From contig NC_134473.1 of assembly GCF_964194025.1 (NCBI RefSeq), positions 49,600,001-49,664,000 on the forward strand: a DNA stretch of 64,000 nt. Reading direction: 5' to 3'. Under the pieces are notes generated by a model. It did no database searches, was not told the origin of the DNA, and saw only the letters and a list, made by a program, of their open reading frames with translations. Shown one piece after another: positions 41,201 through 53,200 of the stretch; position 1 is the stretch's first letter, and each line of letters begins with the position of its first letter. Position numbers and translations under genes: made by a program. Source of the stretch: Convolutriloba macropyga. Taxonomy: Eukaryota.

Positions 41201-44200
41201 TTTTTAAAATTCAAAAAACAAATTATATTTGAAGACACAGTCATCAAAAACGGGAGCCAGTCGCTATTTGTATTCCCAAAACAAACGCATCGAAACAATG
41301 AAAAGACACGAATGTAATTTTTATATAATAATGTATTAATCAAATTTCTTTGATATACTATTACAGTAAAACCCATTCCTGACTATTATAACTTAGTATT
41401 ATCGGTAAATATGAGTAACCGTTCAGTTGAGTTTTCATTAATTTTGGGCCTCAATTGGTAAGAAAGTTAAATTAGCAGACTTGTGCTGCCAAACAAGTGT
41501 TAAAATAATTGGCGTGCTTTCTTAATAGGAAATCAAACAAACAACGTTGTTTTTTTTCGGCAACTAATGAAATTAAGCGTTTGATAAATCTTTTCAGGTT
41601 ATTTCTTTCGATAAAATTCAGATCCAAGCAATACAACTTCATAATTGGGATTAGAAAAAAATTAACGAAACAGATTTTTGTCTAGATCTAAGAAAATCCA
41701 GATTGGAGTTCATTTTAACAGTGCAACAACAAAAATTTTCTGACCAAATTTTGTGCCAACTATTTAAAACTTTGAGTGCCACGCTAAAGGTTTGTTACGC
41801 CATATAAAAAAACAGATATAAAAAGGTTTGAAAAAAAGGGAATATCTTTTTTTAAAATTCAGGCCAACATAAATTTTTCAGCCTTTAGAAGAGTAACTAT
41901 TCTGAAGATCTGAGTAAACATTATATATATTGAAGCAGTTTTTAGTTAGGAAACTAAAAAGCGCACGTTTACCTAAGCAAACAATATTACCGTTATCTAC
42001 TCAGAATTAGGTAAGGCCAAAATTTTGTTAAAAAGTCTTTTACGGGAAAAAGTTTCTATCTTTTTTAATAAAAAAGATGGCAAAACTATTTGCGAATAAA
42101 GAAAAGCATTTTCGAAAAAGTTTAACCATAATATTTCGTTTGTCAGGGTAATACAATATTATCGAACTGGGAGTCAGGTTTTTTTCTGCTTCTGATGTTA
42201 AGTGGAAAACTTAATTCCCGTGGATTTGGTGCTAATGGAATTCTACGAGGCCATTAATTCAACTGATGATAACAAGGCCCCCAAAACCTGAAAACTCTAG
42301 TGCCAGGGCTATTAAAGCTGTAAACGTTTTTGATAGGAAACAATTTATAATTCGAACAATCGAAAACATTTTCCCAGAAAGACGAAAAATAGGATTTGAT
42401 AGTCCAGTCCACAAAAAGAGAGAATTCCACAGATGCTGTTCTACAAATAACTGAAATCATACAGTATGGAAACAATGGAAAGGCCGATACCGCTGTAGAA
42501 ATTATTAGTTTTTCGTTGCAAAGTGAAGGCTATATGTGAAAACGCCACTTCTGGCTTCTCGATCTTTTTTTTCTCTATATCAATGACTTTTAGGAAAATA
42601 CGAAAAATTATTCAAAATTACTCAAAACAAATTTCCATTTCAAAAGTAAACACTGGCGAACTAAAGAGATGTTTTCTCGATGTTCTGCTTTGAACAATAA
42701 AAAAACCTCAAAGAAAACAAGCTGACTAGGATTAGTGACATAACTGATTTAGTGTTGTTATGTAGAGAAAACCATGATTTTGGCAAATTTTTTATCAATG
42801 GAGAAATTAAAAGCAAAAGAGCACTACAGATACTTAGGAATTGTGACTTGATCTAATTGAAGTATTCAAAGTCATCTTAAGAATTTTGTCTCAAAAGTGG
42901 CTAAGGCAATTAGATCGATATATCTTACGTCTTCACCAAATATCTCTTGAAGCGCGATTAGCTTAGTGCTATTCAGATCCTTAGTACTCTCACGATTAAA
43001 AATTAGTGCATTAATGTTTCAAAATCTGAACCGTCGAATCAATATAGGAAATAACTGGGCATATAATTTAGAGAACTGATGTATGCCACATAAAAATCTG
43101 AAAGTTTAAGAGATCTATCAGAGAAATCTGATATATTACCAGCAGAAATTTTTGTTTGTCAATAGTTGTTCCTAAATTAAGAAATGACGTCTTTTCAGGA
43201 AACTCCTTCAGTGCAGAAAACGTTTACCTATGTGATGAGTTTTTTAAGAAAAATTGTGAAACGGAACAACTGATACGTTAAAAGTAAGCAACTGTTCCCT
43301 ATATGAAAAATAAATATTCTGAAGTTGTTAAAATTTCCTAGAAATGTAAAATAAAATCTCAAGCAAACTTTAAGCGAATTTTAAGACAGTATCTGCTCTA
43401 GCAATTCAAACTTAGAACTTAATTATAAAAGTAACTCACTTGTTCAAGAGAAATATGAGCAAGAATATAAACTTAAATATTTTCAATTAGCAAATAATAG
43501 TTATTAACAGTCATGGGTTGATGAAGATTAGCGGATATTGGATTTACGAAACTTACCACATCTCTGACTTCCTCATCGGCAAATTGACGTGGAACTCCCG
43601 GCGATGCCTGGCCGCTCGAATTATAACTACCCTGGTTAGTACTAGTTATTCCACCACCAATTACATTGTTGTTCTGATTTTGTTTTCGGCCCAACACCGG
43701 AGACTTGCTTACAGGTGATTTTGGACCTTGCAGGTGAGATTCATCACCTGGGCTTGATTGAGGAGGGTCTGGATCCTCGAAAGAGTTGTTGAAACCCTTT
43801 TACAGGCAGAGATAACATTACTAGTTCCTTTAGATTCAACTATCATAAAGTAGTTGTGGCATTATACCCACCTTTTGTTCCAGCTTTTTGGCGAGAATGA
43901 CGACTATGACCTTTAAAGGTCTGTATATATTCATCAGTCAGTATAAAAGTAACGATGCAGTTCGATGCAATCACCAAACTGCAAATACTAAAATGCCTTC
44001 GAGATTAAGTTATTTCAAATTGGGTTATTTACGAGTTCCCTGTTTGGTGCAGAGCCACCAAATTTCAACGCATTTCAAATTGTCCAAACTTTTCCCGACA
44101 TGATGCATCCTTGATGCTTTGCGATATTATTAACGACCAATTTCCAAATTTTTCTTTATAAGATAAACTGTTTATGTAAAAAATCTTTTATTTTGTGTGG

Positions 44201-47200
44201 AGTTAACCTAATGCTATCTTCTTTTTGTGATGGGGTTTGTAATACTTTGATAAACTTACAGAAAATTGTAAAAGCAATCTTTGAAAATAAAAAAAAAAAC
44301 AAGTTTTGGCAACTTAGCGGGGTTTGAAACGCCGAGATTATTGCTGAAAACTACAAATTCTATGTCCGATGACAACTTTAAAAACCCCCGGTGATTATGG
44401 TATTTTTGGGTAAGATCTGATAAAATGCTAATCAAAAATTTTTATCGTGTAAAATCTGATCTGGCCTTACACGATAAAAATTCTGCCCCACAGGATTTTT
44501 TATCGTGTAAGATCTGTTAAGATACTTATCAGATCTTATAAGATAAAAATTCAATTTTGCTGAATTGGTATCTATAACATCTAATAGGTATCTTATCCAA
44601 TTTTATAAGATAATAGTTCAGTTTTGATGAATTGTTATCTTATAAGGTCTGACAAGTATCGTATCAGATCTTACACGATAAAAGTTTAAGTAGGGCAGAC
44701 CTGATAAGCTATGTTTTAATGATTTCAATATTGCCTTATGACGTAGTCAAGTTCAAATGAAAGTAAAAAAAAATAATCGGTCAAACAACCAATTGTTGGG
44801 TTCATTTTGGCAGCAGTTTTATCCGAGTCTCAAATAGGTACTATGGCTCAACTTAGCAGTCCAAGAGACTTTTGGTTTTTGAAAAAACTCTCTGTCCGAA
44901 TGACAACTTTATAATTTTTGGCTGTTTCTCAAACTTCAACCATATCTTATCATAAAACGAGGCCTACGGTTGTTACTCTGTCTTTAGTTTTTTCTTTTGG
45001 CAATTGAGCCCGTCTTGTTGTCGAAAAGTTTTTTTTCTGTTCATGACAATAATCTTGTCCACTTCTCCTTTTGTAGATAGTTTTGTTTTTTCTCCAAAAC
45101 TTTAATAGGTGGTAAGATTTGCTTCGTTGTGTGGTTTTTGGGTCCCTCCATTCTGCTTAAAATTTTTGGGATTTAGTATTTTTTTTGGAACTCATTGTTG
45201 TCATTTCACTTAGTTCTGCCTATTTTTAAAATTTCCAGTATTTTTGCATTTTAAGTATATTTTATCACAGACTTAATAGTCGTCTGTGTCCGTTGTCGCA
45301 TTTATCACCGCAGGTGTATCAGTTATTGTTCCAAGAATTGTTTTTGTCCCGGTATTCAGCTTTAGGTTCTTGCTTTCGAAGGATTTCTTCTTTTTTGTTC
45401 AGGTTTGTTGCATTCCAATGTTTCTTGAGTTCTTTTTTAGTTTGTGATACGTTCTTCTTAATTTGTCAGATTGTGCTTCTTTTCCAAACCCGTAGAACAA
45501 TAAGGTCTGTACAAAGTTCTATCCGGCAACAGTTGGATTTCTCGGTTAAGGCTAGATTTCTCGGACCCGGATTCTAAGTTTATTTGGTTGTCTGGTTGTA
45601 TCGTGTTTACTCCTTATCAATTGATACGATTTTTCCAGATTTCTCCAATTTCACCTGCCTTGATCTGTCTCCTTTTCAGTAGTTTCTTTGATCGGGAAAT
45701 ATATATCTCATTAATCCAGATTCATTTTTTGTTTGGTTGTACGAAGATTCACAAGAAAAATCTTCAATAACCGGGAGGATTTTCTTTGCTGCTGCTTTTT
45801 GTGGGAGTCTCCATTAGGTCTCTTTTGATCTTTTTGTCCTGATTTTTGTGGAAGTTTTCCAGTATTCGATTGAAATGCTTTCCAGTATTTTTGGACAAAC
45901 GCGTACATCCGTAAACTAGTTTCTTCGCAGTGACATAGTGTTTTTTAGCAGCGAAATAATAACAATCGAGATTACGACTAAAAAACATGTTCGAAACAAA
46001 TCGGTTTCAACAAGATACCGACCGTAACTTGTACGTAAAAATCATTAGTATATGTGATCTCATGATTAGAGCACAAATTGAAATAATTGTCGTCGCTCGT
46101 CAGAAAAATTCACATTATTTTTTTTAAAATTGCAGAGGCGCAATTATCAAAATAGGCAACGGTTAAATTCTTTATTGAAAGTACTGAAAAGTTTCAGTTT
46201 CTGATAATGGCAAAAATACTGGAGTGCAAAATTAATCGGATAGCGATTGATCAGTGGTTCAAAAAAAATGTTGAAGTCAGTAAACGTATACTCGGTCAAT
46301 AAAGATAAAAATTTTTGAGAGAAAAAAACGTCCCACGATCAAACCATCTGGAACCGGAACATTTTTTTATCTGACGCGCCAGAGTTCTAATTGCCTAGAA
46401 TCTGGGAATTCAAATCTCATAATTGAGTTTTGAATATTAGAATTTTAAATTTTTGTTGTGTTATTTGGAGACAGATTTTGTTATCTACTGATACAAGTTT
46501 TGCAAATACTCCGATTTACCGAAGTTCTGTATAAATTTCCGACGTTTTCGATTAGTGAACCATTTCATTTTTTTTTACCAAAAAGTCGGTTAAACAACCG
46601 TTTTTCGCTGCATATGATTATTTTTATGTTTGAAAATAACAAACAAAAAAATTCAAACCGTTGCAATGACAGCTGATTTATTTTGCAGTAAATTAAAAAC
46701 CCCTTGAGATCCGTAATTATGCAGAACATGTCTTACGTTTACAAAACAAGGCCAAATAATGACAAAAATCAAAAATTAATTTTTGTTTGCGAGAAACCCG
46801 TGTCGAAGCCAGTAATGTCATAAGTTATCTTTAATTAACGAGACTAGGTAACAAAAAACACACAAAAAAAACAAAAAAGCGAAGTTAGTATGTGTTTTTT
46901 TTAAACAAATGCCATGAAATTAGACTTTAACAATTATACTGTGTATTAAATATTAGTTTGAATTTTCTACTTTCACCCACCAAGACTTCATTTTTGAACC
47001 TGCTTTTATATGATATTTGGATTGGAATTCAAAAACAGTTTGTTCAAAAACGATCTTGAGCACTTGTGGTCTTGCGCTACGAGAAAATTGAGAAAATGCG
47101 TGGTGCCAAGATTATTGAACACTGTCATTAAAAGTTCAAATTCATCCGATTTTTACACTATGTGGTCGGGTATAAATCTCTTAGAGTAATTACATTGCAA

Positions 47201-50200
47201 ATGCAACTCATTTTTATTATTCTAAAATTGCAGTGCAAATCAGCAACTGAAATATTAAGGTACAATGGCATAGCGACTTGCATGTCTTAAAGAGAAATTC
47301 AGGCAACAACAAGGAGGCTCGGTAATGTGCGATCGCACATAAAAATCTGATCCCACTCATCCACACAGTTATGGCATAATTGTCTACCAAATGAGGAGCA
47401 GAGAGAAAACCAGCAATAGTTCACAGTTATTTTTTAAAAAAAATGGTGTATGAACAAAAATATCGCCTCCAACGCAAAAACTTCAGTAGAGTAAAAAACG
47501 GCCGCATTAGGTTGATGAGATCTGCCATTTTGAAAAGAGCAAGCAGAAACGAACAACAAAATCAAACAACAGCAACAAGCATAAGCTACATCCAAAACTT
47601 TATGTCCAAATGTTTTTTTTAAATAATTTGCTAACAAAGTCAAGATAGAGTCAGTTAAAACTGAAACTGAACAAAATAACTTTACGAGAAAGACTTGGAT
47701 TCACTCCAAAAAAGACTCGGTTACAATTATACAAAAAAAACAAAGCTAATAAACCCGCAAAAATTTTGAAAAACAGTTAAATTCAAAGTAATGAAAACCA
47801 TTATATATCAACATAGAGACAACAAACAAAAATGCATTTGAAAATTGCGAGAAAACGCTGTCGAAACCGTAAAGCCGTATTTTTTCCCTCAAAAAATGTT
47901 TGCTTATGCCTTCATCGAATGCCAATATTGTGGTACGTGAGCTCTCATTAATAAGAACAGGTAAAATGTTGACAAAAAATAGAAAAAGTGAGGAATGTGA
48001 AATTTTTCTTTTTTTTTGGAAAACAATTTTTTTAATAAAGTCTCAAAAACCATTAGCAATATAATGAAAGAAAAAAATAGCTCCGTTCTTTCTCCCAAAA
48101 GAGGCCCCTGCGCCCTGTAATTGTTCACAATATGTCTTAAGTTCTAAAAAAAAGAACTTCAAATAAACAAAAATAAAAAATTAATTTACTTTTTTTTGCG
48201 AAAAACCCTTGTCAAAGCCCTAAAGTAATAACAAATTCTCTAAAACTTTAGATTTTGTAGACTTCCACATTCTCTCAAAGCCAATTTTGTCATATGTGGT
48301 CCCTAATTAACGAGATGTGTTAACAAAAGCACACCAAAAAAACAAAAAGTGAAAATAGTAAGTGTTTTTTAAACAATTGTTTTCAAACTCATGAAAGCCA
48401 TTAGCTACCAAATCAGAATATAAGCTCATCTAATCCTCCATAAAAAGACAGTGAGACCTGTCATTCTCCAGGATATTTCATGCGACTAAATGACAAAGTG
48501 CAAACGACATTTCAAGACAAAAGTTAAAAAGAATTCGATTAATTTATTCGAGAAAGTGGTGTCGAAGCCGTTAAATCAAAATTATGTACCTGTGTCTGGT
48601 TTCTAACGTCAATAATGTGTTATGTGGACTGTCAATTTTGTCACAATGTGAGAAAAACGAGAAAAATGTGTGAAAAATAGTCAGAATCCAAAAGTCAGAA
48701 ATTTTTTTTTAATTTTGTAGTATCATGGTCCGAAAATCAAAACTTAAAGCTTAAAAACGCAATAGATATTCCACTTTAATTCTGTAGAAAGAATAAGCAT
48801 TCTTTCTTTGCTGAAACTCAGCCACAAATTGACCAAATTAAGAGAAAAATAGTGGCAAAGTTCAAAAAGCCATTGTCTATTTAAAAAACGGAAATTTTTT
48901 AAAGTCAAAACGAATATACGATTTTGAGTTAAAAACTAGATACTTTATTTTGGTACTGCTTAGGAATCCACTTGGACATATCACCAGTGAGCTTTGATTT
49001 GAATTGTTCTGTTCCTTAATTAACATAAAAACCTTAATTTTTTTTTTTAAAAAAAAGACCGACTGATTACAATCAGAATTGTTTTGGATTGTAACAGTCC
49101 AAGACTGAGCAACAACTGGCCTTGATATTGCTGTTTGTCAACTAAGAACACTTAATTGTTAAAAGTGTTATAGATATAGGTAATTTGTTAGTCAAAAAAT
49201 CAAAAATAAATGCTGCATCATAGATAAACATAGGGATAAATTAGCAAAAAACGGCCAAACCTTAATTCCAGTGCACTCTCAATGTAAGTGGAAGTAGGAC
49301 AAGCCCCCTTGGAAATAAAGAAGATTTGGGCTAGTTGATTTTGGGTGTGCACTTTTTAAATTTAATTCAAGTGGACTAATGAAGCCTATTTTGGGCAATT
49401 TTTGATGAAAAAGTCTTAATTTTGAAACCTTTACCAAAAAATTTAGCCAAGAAATTAATCAAAACAGCCAAAAACACATTTTGTCTTTGAAAATTAAAAC
49501 AACAGCACTGTTGTTAACATATTTAGCAGAATTTACTAAATTTGACTAAATTTTAGAGAGAATTTTTGGGAAATGTGAATAAAAATAAAGCAAAACAATC
49601 TCAAAACTCACAAAAATATAAAACTCGGTAAATTTCTCTAGAAAACAAAATTTAAAAAATCGTCTTAATTCCATATTTACGTAAGATGGGTTTTAAATGA
49701 TACTACTCACAACTACTCTCTACGACGGAAATATCGATCGTCAAAACTTGTCTGAACAAAAAGAAAACCAGTTGAGTATATAGTTCCTCCCCCTTAAGAG
49801 GGGTCTGAACAATAATTCAAATCTGATATGTGAGACAAGGCGTTTTTGTTGCTTCAGGTGCGACAATCATAAAAAGTGCCACAACTTTTGTTTTCACCAT
49901 TCAAGCCAAACAAAACTCCTATCTGTCTATTATCACTTTTATCGGTCAAATTTTTCCACTTATTCTAAAAAAGCATCATTTTTAAAGTGAAAAATAGTTC
50001 CATTAAATATAAAATATCTCCATTTTGATGTTGCCTCTATATTTATCAAGTGAATTTACTTTTATTCTTTTATTAATATACCCAAAAACCATGGTAATAG
50101 TTTGAAAAAGTCATTATTTCGAAATATCTTCCCCATTTGTTGGTCCGTTGAGCAAAAATTAGCATTTAGAAAAAAATGAGAGTCTCTTCTTGCTGATCAT

Positions 50201-53200
50201 ATCATTAAGATCTGCTTATTATATATGTAATTTATGAAGAAAACTTGTAAATGTGAACCTGCTTTGATCAAGATCCAAAATAGACCTGTTGACAATGATA
50301 TTGACAATGTGGTGTTATGAACTCAAGGGACAACCTAATCGTAAAACGTCTGCAGGTCTAGACTGAATCTTAATCAGAAGAAGTTTATTAACGGCCATTC
50401 AGTAGCTTTCAATGCTAATTAGGAAATCAATTATCTGGTTTATTTTGAATCATTTTATCAATTTCATTCACCTTGTCAGTTAACACTAAGTTACAATTAT
50501 AAAAAGAAAAAAATACCAGAAATAAATCCATGCCACAATTCATTAACCCTTGTTAGGTTTATCAAATAATTTGATTGTGAATTATTCAAACAGAGTAATC
50601 ATTCAGTTGTTTCCTACAGACGTACCGGGGATATTTGTCAAGTTTACAAATAAGGAGGCTCATTGATGTGCGTTTGAACATAAAGTTCTGACCCCACGCA
50701 TGAATATTTTTCACTTAATTGTCCACCAAATGAGGAAGAGATTTAAAAAAAATCATATTGTTCAACAAATTTACTAAAAGAGTAAAGCAATCTACCTTAG
50801 AGGGCCTTAGACGACATCAGAGGAAACTTTTATTTTAAAAAATTTACCTGTATTTCATTAGAAAAAATATGGGACTTTTCCTCAATGCCGCTTGGTAACA
50901 ATTCGACATGACATGAGCAAAACAGCAAAGTTTAAAAAAACGTTTAAAAAACTATGCTTTTTTAAAAAAGAACTGAGGTCAAACTGATTAGAAACATCAA
51001 GCAGCAACTGAAATCATTGAGAGATTCATTTATTTCTCAATAGGAAGTCAGGGAGACCTTTCATTATCCAGGATATGTCATACGACCCAATCTACAAAAC
51101 AGGCAAAAAGGGAAAATTGAAAATTTTCAAAAAAAAATGTCCCAGTCGAAACATTAGGTTGTTCACTAAGGACATTGACAACGCGACTAGACAAAAACAA
51201 AGACAAATTTTAATTGCGTTTTCTTTGGCAAATGAACAGTGGACCGCCCATTATTGTAATACTGTAAAAAACACACACCTTCAAAAATGGCAGAATATGC
51301 AAAAATTACAAATATTTTATGAAATTAAGAATAGAGACCATTTGAAGAAGACAACGCAGTTATAAGTAGCAAAATTTAGTTCAGTAGATAAGGTATGTGA
51401 CTTGTCTATAGAGATTGTACGAAACAAACAGAAATAAGATTGCTAAGCTCAAAAATCCACTGTTTTTTTCATAGGCAAATATTTTCAAAATTAATGACCA
51501 ACATATGCTTTGGACTAAAAGATTAGACAGTTTACTTTGCAACTTAAATTTATTTTGCTAATTAAATCTTCACTTGCGTCTCTTTCGAACATCATAAAAT
51601 CTTTTTGTAAAAGGATTACCTCAAAATGTCGACAAAAAGTACCACCCAAAATTGAAAAGTATCTAAAACTCACAAAATTGTTTTGAAGCAAATTGTCTAA
51701 CTCCTAAAGATATCAGTCAAAAGGTTTGAGAGACAGAAAAAATATTGTCCGTTTCAACACAAAAAAATAACGAGATCTCTCAATATTGAAAATTACGAAA
51801 AGGATACAAACATGTAAAATACAAAAAAAAGACAAAAATCAGAAAAAAAAGTATAAGTTGAAGCATACGTTTGCTTTTTTTTTTGAAAAAAATTATTTTG
51901 AAAGTCAATAAACAATTAGCTATATAATAATATCAGTTGTTAAGTTCATTTATAAATATATACTTGGACATTGAGACTTCTATTACCCAACCTTTGGCAT
52001 ACGACAACAAAAACTAACAACAAATACAGGGAAAAAATTAAAAAAAAAACTAAACCAAATTCTGCAAGAGAACGGCATCGTAGCCGTAAGTTACGAAAAC
52101 AATACGAGTATTTAATTAAGATTTTTGTCATGCCTTCCTCATTTAGGTTGTTAAACACTGTGATAATCAACAGAGAAACAAAAAGAAGAGCAGGATTGGG
52201 CAATTATGTTCAAAAATCACAAGTATTTATATGAAAACTCGCAGTAAAAAAAAACCAGGAAGCCAATTTTTTTTAAAAAAAACCTCACAAAGATTAGTTT
52301 GTATCTTAAAGAAAAGCAAATTTTATCCGTTTTTTACGGAGAATAAGCTAACAATCGACAGTAATAGGAAAAAAATTGAGAAGTTCAGAAAATCACTGAA
52401 AATTTCTAAAAACAAATATATTCCATGTTATAAGAGACCTAAGATACAATTCAAATACATAAAATTCATTAGGTTCTCTGGAAACATAATATCTCTACAT
52501 TTGGCATCTTTTTACGTAAACGGGAGCTATCATTGAAGGAGACGTGAATTGCAAATTTTGTCAGTAATTAACATTAAAAAAATTTTAAGAGCAGAAGATT
52601 TTTCAAAAAAGGCAGCACCAAAACAAAACTAAAAAAGGTCTGATTGAAAGAATCCCTGATGATATCAAAACTACCCTGGATTTTGCTGCGCGCCTAACAA
52701 ACAACCAAAATAATCCAAATGTCTGCGAAGGAGATCAATTGTTAAAAGGAATATCTTGAAAATCAAAACAAAAAACGAAAGATGCATTTTGTATAATTAT
52801 CAAGTAAAATTTGAAAAAATAAGGAAAACTTTTTTTTCGAAAATAATTTTATAGGGCGCCAGATTTCAACTAGCTCTCTTTTGGAGTTTACGATGATTGC
52901 ATTATCGGTTTGTAGGTCTCCAATTTCGACAAACCTAAACAAAGTGTACCAAAAGAAGCATATTTTGTGCTATTTTTGATGAAAAATATCTGAATTTTGA
53001 CAATTTTGTCAAAATTTTAGCCAAAAAATTGGCCGAAAAATTTCCTATCGAACAATTTGGCCAAAAAATTTCCAATCAAACAATTCAGCAACTTTCTTCT
53101 ATCTCTAACGGTAAGAATAACACTCTACCGTTAAAATTTTAACTTATTTTAAATTATATTAGCAAAATTGAGCCAAAATTTAGCAAAAATTACGGTACTT

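Noticed and set aside
39680-43470. Short K/F/L-rich ORFs here and in other introns
   Set aside because: Composition reflects A/T runs; no splice or domain support
50280-50340. Possible additional filamin exon (ttag|GTTGTC…CAG|gtcta)
   Set aside because: Stop codon in phase 0 and a weak donor; the gene is already in frame without it
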